A DNA stretch of 64,000 nucleotides from an uncultured Acidobacteriota bacterium (GTDB taxonomy: Bacteria > Acidobacteriota > Vicinamibacteria > Vicinamibacterales > Fen-181). The notes under the pieces are model-generated. The model was not told the DNA's origin, did no database searches, and saw only the letters and a list, made by a program, of their open reading frames with translations. This document shows, in pieces, positions 18,998 to 30,305 of the stretch. Position 1 is the stretch's first letter; every line of letters begins with the position of its first letter. The stretch lies in contig CAWAMP010000011.1 in assembly GCA_963783255.1 (NCBI GenBank), positions 345,180 through 409,179 on the forward strand, read 5' to 3'. The translations under genes and the position numbers were made by a program.

Positions 18998-20468
18998 ATG
19001 AAACGCTGTCTTCTCGTTGCCGCGGTGGCGGCGCTGGCCGCGGTCGCGGCCGTGACGCTCCACGCTCAGTCCCGTCCTGCCCCCGCGCTCAATGGCGAGC
19101 CCTACATCCACGACCCGTCGACCGTCACGTTCAGCGACGGGAAGTACTACACGTTCGGTACCGGCGGCGGTGGCCTGATCTCGGACGACGGGTGGACGTG
19201 GCGGGGCGGCGCGGTGCGTCCCGGTGGTGGCGTGGCGCCTGACATCATCAAGATCGGCAACCGCTACTACGTGACCTACGCCAAAGGCGGCGGCGGCCTG
19301 TCGGGCGGACATGCGAGCAACGTCTACGTCATGTGGACGAAGACGCTCGACCCGACCTCCCCCGATTTCGGCTACCGCGACGAGACGGTCGTCGCCTCGT
19401 CCGACGGCGTCGAGGACTGCGACGCGATCGACCCGGCATTCCTGCTCGACCCCACGACCGGCCGGCTGTGGCTCACCTACGGGACCTACTTCGGCTACAT
19501 CCGCCTCGTCGAACTCGATCCCAGGACGGGCAAGCGCGTGGTCGGCAACAAGGCCGTCAACATCGCGATCGACATGGAAGCGACCGCGCTGGTGTATCGC
19601 GACGGCTGGTACTACCTGCTCGGCACGCACGGCACGTGCTGCGACGGCGCGAACTCGACGTACAACATCCGCGCGGCGCGATCGAGGAAGGTCACCGGAC
19701 CCTACGTCGACAATGTCGGCATCGAGGCTCTGAAGGGCGGCGGCAAGCTCGTCGTCGCCGCCAGCGGCCGCTTCGTCGGCCCCGGCCACTTTGGCCTGCT
19801 CGACCTCGGCGACGGCGTGCAGAAGTTCTCCTGCCACTACGAGGCCGACCTGGATCGGAGCGGCCGCAGCGTGCTCGACATCCGGCCGCTGCTCTGGAAA
19901 GACGGTTGGCCGTATGCCGGCGACAACTTCCGGGAGGGCACCTACGAGATCGAGTCCGAGCGAAGCGGCTACGCGCTGGAGCTCGCCGTCGATTTCGTGC
20001 GGATGGCCTCGATGAGACGGGGTGGATTCGGCGCGCCCGCCGGCCCCGTGACGCCGGTCCCGGCCCAGGGCCTGGCCGAAGCGTCGAAGGACTGGCCGGC
20101 CGGCACGCTCGGCGTCCGCCTGGGCGATTTCATGTTCCGGCCGCACCAGAAGTGGACGATCTCGCCGGCGCCCAACGCCGGCGGCTACCCGGGCGCCCCC
20201 TACTTCAAGATCACGATAGCCGGCACCGAGCGCGCGCTGGCGGCCACCGCGGACGCGGAAGTCGTGGCGGTTCCGAAGTTCACCGGTGCAGCCGAGCAAC
20301 TCTGGCGGATCGACCAGCTGATCGACGGCACCTACCGGATTTTGCCGAAGGCGGTCCCCGGATTCGAAGGAGCCGTTCGTGCTGGCGGCGGTGGCCCACA
20401 GCACGCCCACGCTCGCGAAGTTCGACTCCAAGAGCGACAACGGTCGCTGGAACTTCAGACAGCAGTAG
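18998..20468 (+). pseudogene. GH43 endo-1,5-alpha-L-arabinanase with a C-terminal ricin-type (QxW)3 CBM; +1 frame break near 20356-20363 as assembled
   Basis: MKRCLLVAAVAALAAV signal, then IHDPSTV, GKYYTFGTG, DAIDPAFLLD, MEATALVYRDGWYYLLGTHGTCC, GPGHFG. The true C-terminus (SKEPFVLAAVAHSTPTLAKFDSKSDNGRWNFRQQ*) is in the +1 frame and stops at 20466-20468. The annotated frame runs on as junk to 20575. Confidence 0.8.
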
Positions 20469-20480
20469 AACGACGACAGG

Positions 20481-22175
20481 CTACGCCAGCAGGATCTTCC
20501 GCGCCTCCCCGTCTGGGTCGTCGACCATCCGGCAGACGTTGTCCAGGATCATGGTCTGGCACCGGTCGGGGTTGAACGGCGCCCACGCCATGCCCGGCTG
20601 GCTCGGGTTGCCCGTCCGCGCGAAGTTCGCCCAGGCTGTGGCCATCTTCTTCGCGAGCGCCTGGGCCTCGAGGGTGTGTCCCGTGCCCTGCGCGCAGCGC
20701 AGGGTGTTGTCGAAGCAGAAGGCGAGCTCGGCCGTGTGCCACGCGCCGGCGTCCTCGAGCATCGGCGACTGCCACGTGAAGTACCACGTGAAGACGGGCG
20801 CGGCCTTCTGCTTGTGCTTCATCGTGGCCATGCGCGTCACGTTGTTGCGCATCGTGAGACCGTTCAACCCGCCGCCGCTGCACATGTAGGAGAGCGTCCG
20901 GATGCTCTTCTTCGGATGCGCCTTCTTCAGCGCCGCGGCGAGCGCGGCGGCCTTCGCCTCGCCGTAGCTCCTCGTCAGCGTCGCCATCCACTCCGCCTCG
21001 GTGGGCCGCGACGACATCCGGTTTCCCTCTTCGCTCACCGAGCCGATCAACATCGGCACGTTCTTCGAGATCTCGGGTGCATCCTCGTAGAACGCGCGCA
21101 TGGTGACGAGCCGGCCGTCGACGGTCGGCCCCCATCCCACCCGCGGCGCGCCGGTTCCGGGTGCCGGCGTCGGGCTCACGGGGCCCGTCGCCGGATTCAT
21201 CTTCGCCACGACGGCGTTGCCGACCTCGTTCAGCCTGTCCCACGGCAGCTTCTGCAGCGCGGCCATGTCCTTCACGCCCAGTTCCGCGATCACCCGCTTC
21301 GCCAGTTCCCGGGACTGCTCGCCGCTCGGCGGGTTGCCGCCGCCGCCCGACTGCGGCGACGCGCGGTGAATCAGTCCCTGCGCCGACGGCATCCCGAGCA
21401 GCGTGGTCACCTTGGAGCCGCCGCCCGACTGGCCGTAGATCATCACGCAGTCCGGGTCGCCCCCGAAGTTCGCGATGTTGTCCCTCACCCACCGAAGCGC
21501 CGCGACGAGGTCGGTCATCCCGACGTTCACGGAGTCGGCATACGCCGAACCGCCGAACTCGGAGAGATCGAGGAACCCCAGGATGTTGAGGCGGTGATTG
21601 ACGGTCACCGACACCACGTCGTGGTGCCTCGCCATCTGCGCCCCGTCCTGCGAGGCGAGCTCGTAGGCCGAGCCGAACGTGAACCCGCCGCCGTGGATGT
21701 AGAACATCACGGGACGCCTGCCGGTCAGGCTCGGCGTCCAGATGTTCACCTTCAGCATGTCCTCGCTCTGCCACCCGTCGGTCCACTGCTGGAGGAACGT
21801 CTGCTCGCTCGACCAGCTGTGGAGGCGCTGGGGACAGTTGGCCCCGTAGGTGAGGGTCGGGAGCTCGCCGTCCCACGGCTTGGGGGGCCTGGCCGGAAGC
21901 CAGCGGTTCTCGCCGCCGGTGTCCGCGCCGTACGGCACGCCCTTGAACGTGAAGACCCCGTCTTCCACGTAGCCGCGCACCTTGCCGTATCGCGTGTTCG
22001 CCACGGCGGCCCGGGGCGTGCTGCAGCTTCCCGCCGGCGGCCTGCGTGCGGCGGCAGCGGGAGCGGCCGGCTTGGCGCCCTGGAGCGCCTGCGCCGTGTC
22101 GGGCAGCGCGACGCCGAGGCCCGCGGCGGTGGACAGGCGCAGCACTTGGCGACGGCTCAGCGTGGAGTCACCCAT
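20481..22175 (-). CDS. Type-B carboxylesterase (COesterase family), Tat signal
   Basis: 564 aa. MGDSTLSRRQVLRLSTAAGLGVALPDTAQA; FKGVPYGA; IHGGGFTFGS; nucleophile elbow YGQSGGGSKV. Confidence 0.85.
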   Translation of the reverse strand: MGDSTLSRRQVLRLSTAAGLGVALPDTAQALQGAKPAAPAAAARRPPAGSCSTPRAAVANTRYGKVRGYVEDGVFTFKGVPYGADTGGENRWLPARPPKPWDGELPTLTYGANCPQRLHSWSSEQTFLQQWTDGWQSEDMLKVNIWTPSLTGRRPVMFYIHGGGFTFGSAYELASQDGAQMARHHDVVSVTVNHRLNILGFLDLSEFGGSAYADSVNVGMTDLVAALRWVRDNIANFGGDPDCVMIYGQSGGGSKVTTLLGMPSAQGLIHRASPQSGGGGNPPSGEQSRELAKRVIAELGVKDMAALQKLPWDRLNEVGNAVVAKMNPATGPVSPTPAPGTGAPRVGWGPTVDGRLVTMRAFYEDAPEISKNVPMLIGSVSEEGNRMSSRPTEAEWMATLTRSYGEAKAAALAAALKKAHPKKSIRTLSYMCSGGGLNGLTMRNNVTRMATMKHKQKAAPVFTWYFTWQSPMLEDAGAWHTAELAFCFDNTLRCAQGTGHTLEAQALAKKMATAWANFARTGNPSQPGMAWAPFNPDRCQTMILDNVCRMVDDPDGEARKILLA

Positions 22176-22207
22176 TCTTCATTCTCCATTCGTCATTCTT
22201 CATTGCA
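22173..22207. repeat. Five tandem heptamers CATTCNN (minus strand: AATGNNG) spanning the xylanase stop and the carboxylesterase start
   Basis: cattctt cattctc cattcgt cattctt cattgca. On the minus strand this gives ATG every 7 nt (all three frames) and three TGAs. The first plus-strand unit contains the real start (22175) and the last two units contain the real stop (22202-22200). Confidence 0.8.
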
Positions 22208-24143
22208 GTACGCACTCGACCGTCCTGCCGTCCTTGCCGAGGCTCGCCTTCACGGTCCTGGTCTGGCCGCCGGCCTTCACCTCGATCTCGTAGTCGCCCA
22301 GGAACCCGCGCGTGGCGAAGGTGCCCTTCGCGCCGGTCTTGCCGTCCGCGTTCGTCCACCACTTCTTGAAGACCAGGTCCTGGTATACCTGGCCGTTGGG
22401 CTTGAGCGACCAGTCCCGCCGCATCATCGCGCCGCTCGGGATCCAGTGCGCGCCTTCCCAGAATCCCCACAGCATGAAGGCCTTCATCGACGGGTGGCTG
22501 AACATGTAGGTCATGAAGTCGCGCGTGTAGTCTGCCTGCGTGCCTTCGTCCGAGGTATTGATGTCGAACTCCGTGACCTCGAGTTCCTTGCCGAACGCGG
22601 CGAAGCGCTCCACCCGCTTGATCAGGTCGTCCATCCCCGTCACCCGGCTCGGGAAGTGGCTCTGGAGCCCGATCCCGTCTACCGGTGCGCCGGCGTCCAG
22701 CAGGTACTTGATGGTGGCCGCGTAGTCGTCCTGGTGCGCCTGGTCGTTGCCCTCGATGATGTTGAAGTCGTTGATGTAGAGTTTCGCCTCCGGGTCGCCG
22801 GCGCGCGCCGCCTCGAACCAGTCCACCATCACCTGGCGGCCGAGGATGTCCATGAAGTCGTGGTTCGTGAAGGTCTCGTTGATCACGTCCCAGTCGATGA
22901 GTTTCCCTCTCAACTCCCTGGTGGTCTCCGCGATGTGATCGAGGATCACCTTGGCGAGCCGAGGCGGGTCGCCCTTGGCGTCCACCGCTTCCTTGACGTT
23001 CGAGTTGTTCCAGGATGGCCAGACCAGGTTGTGGCCGCGGACGACCACGCCGTTCTCGCGCAGCCAGTCGATCACCTTGATGGTGGCCGGGCGGTTGGCG
23101 ACGACGGACCACTGCGGCCACTTGTTCTCGTTCTCCATGACCGCGGCGTTGAAGTTCTTCAGGATCTCCTGCTTGTAGCGGTCCAGGATCTCGGGCGTCA
23201 TGCGTCCGTTCGAAAAGCTGGACGCGTTGACCGCCGAGCCCCACAGGAACGCGTGCTTCTTCATGCGCACCGCCACCTGCGCACCGGGAACCGGCTTGCC
23301 CGCCGCGTCCTTCACGAGCACCGTGAGGTCGCCCTTGCGGACCTTCTCGATGCGCGCGTCGGCCGCCTTGCGCCACGCGGCGGTCGGCTCGCTGCCCTGG
23401 TACCCGAGCCTGGTGAACGGCAGGTCCGCCACCTTCCGGGTCGTGCCGTAGTCCAGCAGCTCGATGCCGCCGATCTCGACGGTCTGCGCCCGGATGCCGA
23501 GGGTGAAGGCGACCTCGGCCTCTCCCTTGGCGTAGTCGCGGTTCACGGCGAACGGGAAGGTGACCTTCTTCCACCCGGCGCCGGCCACCGCGGGAGCGTT
23601 CAACCCGCCACGTCCGCCGAAGCCGAACCCGCCGACGAAACCGCCGCCCGCTGCTGCGCCCGCGCCCCGCGGCGCGCCGGCGGCCGGCGGCGCGCCGGCT
23701 GCCGCACGCGGCTGGGCGCCGGCCGGCGGGGGTCCGCCCGCTCCGGGTGCTCCGGGCGCGCCTCCCCTGGCTCCCCTGAGGCCAGCGGGCATCGGAGCGC
23801 GGAACACGGCATCGAGCGTCGCCTCGCCGGGAGCGCCGGACCGCATCCAGAACGAGATCATCAGCACGCTGCCGTTGGCGATGGCGGCATCGACGGGCGT
23901 GGAAATCGTCACCTGCTGCGATCGCTCCGGCTTCTTCGCGACCTCGATGCGCAGGGCGCTCTTGAACACCTGCCCCGTCACCGGCGTCGTCGACATCCTG
24001 GCGAAGTCGCCGGCGCCGTCGCTCAACTTGAACGCCGCGGCTCCGTCGGCCGGGAGCAGGTTCTTTCCCGATGGTTCGGCGGCGTAGGCCGCGCAGGCCG
24101 CCACCGCGACGATGCCGAGCAACATCGAGAGTGTTCGCTTCAT
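22200..24143 (-). CDS. GH10 endo-1,4-beta-xylanase with an N-terminal CBM4/9-like module
   Basis: ORF trimmed to the ATG at 24143 (MKRTLSMLLGIVAVAACAAYA). GH10 motifs: FNAAVMENENKW, VRGHNLVWPSW, WDVINE, LYINDFNI, GIGLQSHF, LEVTEFDI. A 70-aa Gly/Ala/Pro insertion sits in the CBM. Confidence 0.9.
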   Translation of the reverse strand: MKRTLSMLLGIVAVAACAAYAAEPSGKNLLPADGAAAFKLSDGAGDFARMSTTPVTGQVFKSALRIEVAKKPERSQQVTISTPVDAAIANGSVLMISFWMRSGAPGEATLDAVFRAPMPAGLRGARGGAPGAPGAGGPPPAGAQPRAAAGAPPAAGAPRGAGAAAGGGFVGGFGFGGRGGLNAPAVAGAGWKKVTFPFAVNRDYAKGEAEVAFTLGIRAQTVEIGGIELLDYGTTRKVADLPFTRLGYQGSEPTAAWRKAADARIEKVRKGDLTVLVKDAAGKPVPGAQVAVRMKKHAFLWGSAVNASSFSNGRMTPEILDRYKQEILKNFNAAVMENENKWPQWSVVANRPATIKVIDWLRENGVVVRGHNLVWPSWNNSNVKEAVDAKGDPPRLAKVILDHIAETTRELRGKLIDWDVINETFTNHDFMDILGRQVMVDWFEAARAGDPEAKLYINDFNIIEGNDQAHQDDYAATIKYLLDAGAPVDGIGLQSHFPSRVTGMDDLIKRVERFAAFGKELEVTEFDINTSDEGTQADYTRDFMTYMFSHPSMKAFMLWGFWEGAHWIPSGAMMRRDWSLKPNGQVYQDLVFKKWWTNADGKTGAKGTFATRGFLGDYEIEVKAGGQTRTVKASLGKDGRTVECVLQ

Positions 24144-24332
24144 GATCCTCGCCCTCCTGCGGGGCCGCCGAACCGGCCGGCTCCGGACATCGAGATCTCG
24201 AACGACACGGGCGCAACGAGCCGCGCGGGACACGCGGGGGGCCTCCACGGGGGCCGATCCGGCGCCGGCACGCGACAGGCGAAGACGACGCGGACGCGGG
24301 GCGCGTCGCTTCGACCGGCGGAATCGGGCCGC

Positions 24333-24341
24333 ATTCTACCA
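24333..24341 (-). promoter_or_regulatory. Candidate extended -10 (TGGTAGAAT, minus strand) for the xylanase operon
   Basis: Plus-strand attctacca equals TGGTAGAAT on minus. It is the same TGnTAGAAT form as 33074-33082 and lies ~190 nt upstream of the ATG at 24143. Confidence 0.4.
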
Positions 24342-24402
24342 TGGGATGTAAGCGCTTCAATCGCCGGTCCGGTCGATCCGCGGCCGTCTCTGCCGCCCGG
24401 CG

Positions 24403-25855
<1,453 letters not shown>

Positions 25856-25898
25856 GGCGGGTCCGTAGGCCCGCCGATCCGTGTGGTGGAGCACCTCT

Positions 25899-27446
25899 AT
25901 GCGGCGATCCATGCTCGCGGTTGCGTTGTTCGCACTGTTCCCAGCCCTCTCGACCGCAGCCGACCTCGCCGTCAAGGTCGAGGGCGGCATGATCCAGGGC
26001 GTCGCCGAGGGCGCACTCGGCGTTTACAAGGGGATCCCCTTTGCGGCGCCCCCGGTCGGGGACCTTCGGTGGAGGGCGCCGCAGCCGGTCGTCGCGTGGT
26101 CCGGCGTGCGCACCGTGGACAAGTACGCCCCGGCGTGCATGCAGGCGGGCAGTCCCCCGCCCGGCGGCCTCAGCGAGGACTGCCTCTACCTGAACGTCTG
26201 GACGCCGGCGAAGTCGCCGTCCGAGAAGCTGCCCGTTCTCGTCTGGATCTACGGCGGCGGCTTCAACGGCGGCGCCACGTCGATACCGATCCACGACGGC
26301 GCGAAGCTGGCGAAGCGCGGCGTCGTCCTCGTCAGCATCGCCTACCGGGTGGGCGTGCTCGGGTTCTTCGCGCATCCGGAGCTGAACGCGGAAGCGCCGT
26401 CGCGCACGTCGGGCAACTACGGCCTGCTCGACATGATCGCCGGCCTCCGCTGGATCTCGCGCAACATCGCGGCGTTCGGCGGCGACCCGGGACGCGTCAC
26501 GATCTTCGGCGAATCCGCGGGCGGGATCGCGGTGAGCATGCTGTGCGCGTCGCCTCTGGCCAAGGGCCTGATCCATGGCGCCATCTCGCAGAGCGGCGGC
26601 TCGTTCGGCCCGAGCAGCAAGAACCCGCAGCCGGGCGAGAACATGCGCCTGTTGGCGGACGATCAGGTGTCGGGCGTCGAGCTCGCCAAGGGACTTGGCG
26701 CGAGTTCGATCGGGGAGTTGCGCGCGCTGCCCGCGGAGAAGATCCTCGGGGCCAGGCGCGGCGGCGGCGGGATGGCGTGGCCGATCGTGGACGGCTACGT
26801 GGTCCCGGGCGATCAGTACACGCTCTACGAAGCCGGCCGCTTCAACGACATGCCGATCCTCGTGGGCTACAACTCCGACGAGGGCCTCAGCTTCACGCGG
26901 GTCAGGAAGGCCGAGGAGTACGCGGCCGGCGTGCGCGAGCGCTACGGCCCCTTCGCCGACCGCCTGCTCGCCGCCTATCCCGTTGCCGGTGAGACCGTCC
27001 CGAAGACGGCGCGCGACCTGGCGCGCGATTCCGCGTTCGGCTGGCACACCTGGTCGTGGGCACGGCTGCAGTCGGCCCGCGGCACGGGCAAGGCGTATCT
27101 CTACTACTTCGACCAGCATCCGCCGCGTACGCCGGGCACTCCCGAGGCCGACCACGGCACCGCGCACGGCGCGGACGTGGCATACGTCTTCGAGAACCTC
27201 CCGGGCACGGCAACCGCCGACGACCGGCACATCTCCGACACCATGGCCGCCTACTGGACGAACTTCGCGAAGCGGGGCGACCCGAACGGCGCGGGCCTGC
27301 CCGCGTGGCCGGCATTCAGCGACGCGAATCCCACGGTGATGTATCTCGGCCCGACGGCCCGCACCGGGCCGGTGCCAAGCGCCGAGGCGCTGAAGGTGCT
27401 GGACCAGTACTTCGCGTGGAGACGGACGCCGGCGGGGGCTCGGTGA
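25899..27446 (+). CDS. Type-B carboxylesterase (COesterase family), Sec signal
   Basis: MRRSMLAVALFALFPALSTAA; YKGIPFAAPPVGDLRW; EDCLYLNVW; IYGGGFNGG; FGESAGG. Confidence 0.85.
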   Translation: MRRSMLAVALFALFPALSTAADLAVKVEGGMIQGVAEGALGVYKGIPFAAPPVGDLRWRAPQPVVAWSGVRTVDKYAPACMQAGSPPPGGLSEDCLYLNVWTPAKSPSEKLPVLVWIYGGGFNGGATSIPIHDGAKLAKRGVVLVSIAYRVGVLGFFAHPELNAEAPSRTSGNYGLLDMIAGLRWISRNIAAFGGDPGRVTIFGESAGGIAVSMLCASPLAKGLIHGAISQSGGSFGPSSKNPQPGENMRLLADDQVSGVELAKGLGASSIGELRALPAEKILGARRGGGGMAWPIVDGYVVPGDQYTLYEAGRFNDMPILVGYNSDEGLSFTRVRKAEEYAAGVRERYGPFADRLLAAYPVAGETVPKTARDLARDSAFGWHTWSWARLQSARGTGKAYLYYFDQHPPRTPGTPEADHGTAHGADVAYVFENLPGTATADDRHISDTMAAYWTNFAKRGDPNGAGLPAWPAFSDANPTVMYLGPTARTGPVPSAEALKVLDQYFAWRRTPAGAR

Positions 27447-27908
27447 AGACAGGCAGAATGCAGATGGTCGGACTACTTACGGAGGCTCTGTAAGTACTAC
27501 CTGGCGGGCACGTGGAACGACCACAACCACCTGATCGAAAACATCCCCCGCCGCTACAACGTGCCTACCAACCAGACGCAGCTGCTGGTCGCCGACACGC
27601 CTGAAGGGCCCTACAGGCCCCTGGTGCCCGAGTTCGAGTTCTGCCTCGGCCCGGCCGACTGGGACATCATCGACGGCACCATGGCCTACATGCCGCTCTC
27701 GAAGGACCTCACGCGTCGGACTGCGGAGCCCACCACCATCTTCCGGGCCAGCGAGGCGCCGTGGTCGAAGGAGATGAACAGCATCGGTGAAGCGACATTC
27801 GGCCTGAAGATGCCGGGGTGGGTGACCGACGGGCCGCGCAAGCCGCAGATGTGGGACGTCGACGATTCGGGTGACACGCTGCTGCTCAAGGACAGGTACC
27901 GCTTCTGA
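27447..27908 (+). pseudogene. Possible remnant of a five-bladed beta-propeller glycoside hydrolase (GH43-like); no credible start
   Basis: The frame is open from the stop of the upstream gene. It reads ...KYYLAGTWNDHNH...QLLVADTPEGPYRPL..., which resembles one or two GH43-type blades. Only ~150 aa, no signal peptide or RBS. The family call is weak. Confidence 0.25.
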
Positions 27909-28017
27909 GGCAGCCAGCCGCGCCCGGCTACGCCGCCGCCGGCGCTCGCATCGGCATGGCGTGTAGAATATGGTGGCCCCTCCTGGAGGACTCGAACTCA
28001 TCACCGTGAGAGACCCT

Positions 28018-30252
28018 ATGACTTCATCGAGATCGACCGTGCTGAGAGCCCACCGTTGGCATGTCGTCGTCGCGCTGCTCGTGGGCGTGCTGGTCGCGGG
28101 GGTGTTCGCGCAGCCGCCGCAGCGCCAGGCGGCGCCCAAGGGACCGTGGATGGACAAGACCCTGCCGCCCGATCAGCGGGCGGACATGGTTGTCCAGCAG
28201 ATGACGCTGGACGAGAAGATCTCGATCCTGCACGGGCGCGGCGGATTCCAGGCCGAAGGCGCAATCTCGAACGGGGGCGCGGGAGTCGTCCAGGGGGTGC
28301 CGCGGCTCGGATTGCCGCCCATACAGCTCGCCGACTCGGCCGTCGGCGTGCGTGCGGCGGCCGAGCGCGGCCGCTACTCCACGCTGCTGCCGTCGACGAT
28401 CGCCCTGGCCGCCGCGTGGGACATGAATCTCGCCTACGAGTACGGCGAGGTGATCGGACGCGAGCTTCGGGACCAGCAGTACCAGGCGTCGCTCGGCGCC
28501 GGGGTGAACCTCATGCGCGAGCCGCGCAACGGGCGGAACTTCGAGTACGCCGGCGAAGACCCCGTCCTCGCCGGGAAGACGGTCGCACAGCTCGTCAAAG
28601 GCCTGCAGAGCCAGAAGGTCATCGGCGACATCAAGCACTACGCCCTCAACGACCAGGAGACCGGGCGGAACATCGGCGACGTGAAGATGAGCAGGCGCGT
28701 CATGCGCGAGACCGACCTGCTGGCCTTCGAAATCGCCATCCTGGAAGGCCAACCCGGCATGGTGATGTGCGCCTACAACAAGGTCAACGGCGATTGGGCC
28801 TGCGAGAACGACTACCTGCTCAATCAACTCCTGAAGAAGACCTGGGGCTTCAAAGGAGCCGTCGTATCAGACTGGAACGCCACCCACAGCACCACCAAGG
28901 CCGCCATGGCCGGGCTGGACTGCGAGCAGCCGGGCGCTGCCCCCGAGCGGGCGCGGTTCGGCGCCGCGCTGAAGAAGGCGGTGGAAGCCGGCGAGGTGCC
29001 GATGAGCCGCATCGACGACATGGTGCGGCGAATCATCCGCACGGCATTCGCGGCAGGAGTCGTCGACGACCCGCCGCTCGGCCGGGTCGTGGATCCGTTC
29101 AAGGGCGCCGACAGCGCGCAGCGAATCGCGGAGCAGAGCTCTGTGCTGCTGAAGAACGCGAACGCACTGCTGCCGCTGGATGCCGCCCGCGTGAAGTCGA
29201 TCGCGATCATCGGCTCGAAGGCCGACACGAGCGTCCTGTCGGGCGGCGGCTCCGCGCAGGTCGATCCTCCGGGAGGAGGTCCGAGCCGGTTCGGCGGCCC
29301 CGCTGTCTGGTTCCCCAGCTCGCCGCTGAAGTCCGTCCGGGCCAAGGCACCGAGGGCGAAGGTCGAGTACCACGACGGCGCGGACGTGAAGGCGGCGGCC
29401 GCCCTCGCGAAGGCCTCCGAGATCGCCATCGTGTTCGTGAACGAGCCGACCAGCGAAGGGCGCGACATGCCGACGCTGAGCCTGTCGGGGAACCAGAACG
29501 ACCTGGTCAGCGCGGTCGCCGCGGCGAACCCGCGAACGGTTGTCGTGCTGGAGACCGGCGGGCCGGCGGCCATGCCCTGGATCGACAGCGTCGCCGCCGC
29601 CATCGAGATTCGGTACCCCGGCATCAGGGGAGCCGAGGCCCTGGCCAACATCCTGTTCGGCGACGTCAACCCGTCGGCCAAGCTGCCGGCGACCTTTGCG
29701 AAATCAGACGCCGACCTCCCGCACCCGGTGATCTTCGGATCCGCTCCGCGGCCGACGACACCCCCCGCGGCCGCGCCGGCGGGCGCGGCGGGCGCGCCAC
29801 AGCCGCGGTTCCAGATGACGCCGTTCGACATCGACTACACCGAGGGTCTGAAGGTCGGCTACAAGTGGTTCCAGGCCGAGAACAAGCAGCCGCTGTTCTT
29901 CTTCGGTCACGGCCTCTCGTACACCACGTTCGCCTACTCGGGTCTGAAGGCCGCGATCGACTCGGTGTCGTTCACGGTCCGCAATACCGGGAAGCGCGCC
30001 GGAGCGGAGATCGCACAGGTCTACGCGGGCCTTCCGGCGGCCGCCAACGAGCCGCCCAAGCGCCTGGTCGCGTGGGAGAAGGTCCAGCTGGCGCCCGGCG
30101 AGTCCAGGACGGTCACCGTGAAGCTGGAGCCGAAGTTCCTGTCGGTCTTCAACGAGGCGAAGGACGACTGGGAGCTTCTCCCGGGCGAGTACCGCATCTT
30201 CGTCGGGGGTTCATCGGACGGCACACCACTGAGCGCCTCGGTGAGACGCTGA
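28018..30252 (+). CDS. GH3 beta-glucosidase-type glycoside hydrolase, secreted
   Basis: ORF trimmed to the ATG at 28018. MTLDEKISILHG, NLMREPRNGRNFEYAGEDP, KHYALNDQE, AVVSDWNA, plus a C-terminal fibronectin-like domain (GHGLSYTTF). Confidence 0.9.
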   Translation: MTSSRSTVLRAHRWHVVVALLVGVLVAGVFAQPPQRQAAPKGPWMDKTLPPDQRADMVVQQMTLDEKISILHGRGGFQAEGAISNGGAGVVQGVPRLGLPPIQLADSAVGVRAAAERGRYSTLLPSTIALAAAWDMNLAYEYGEVIGRELRDQQYQASLGAGVNLMREPRNGRNFEYAGEDPVLAGKTVAQLVKGLQSQKVIGDIKHYALNDQETGRNIGDVKMSRRVMRETDLLAFEIAILEGQPGMVMCAYNKVNGDWACENDYLLNQLLKKTWGFKGAVVSDWNATHSTTKAAMAGLDCEQPGAAPERARFGAALKKAVEAGEVPMSRIDDMVRRIIRTAFAAGVVDDPPLGRVVDPFKGADSAQRIAEQSSVLLKNANALLPLDAARVKSIAIIGSKADTSVLSGGGSAQVDPPGGGPSRFGGPAVWFPSSPLKSVRAKAPRAKVEYHDGADVKAAAALAKASEIAIVFVNEPTSEGRDMPTLSLSGNQNDLVSAVAAANPRTVVVLETGGPAAMPWIDSVAAAIEIRYPGIRGAEALANILFGDVNPSAKLPATFAKSDADLPHPVIFGSAPRPTTPPAAAPAGAAGAPQPRFQMTPFDIDYTEGLKVGYKWFQAENKQPLFFFGHGLSYTTFAYSGLKAAIDSVSFTVRNTGKRAGAEIAQVYAGLPAAANEPPKRLVAWEKVQLAPGESRTVTVKLEPKFLSVFNEAKDDWELLPGEYRIFVGGSSDGTPLSASVRR

Positions 30253-30305
30253 CCAGCCGGCGGAGTGACTGCGACGCCGGGACGGCCGTTCTGGGGCGAG
30301 TCGGC

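Noticed and set aside
27477-28157. 226-aa minus-strand ORF overlapping the GH43-like remnant and the GH3 5' region.
   Set aside because: It has no motifs and an Arg/Pro-rich composition, and it overlaps the promoter and N-terminus of a well-supported plus-strand gene.
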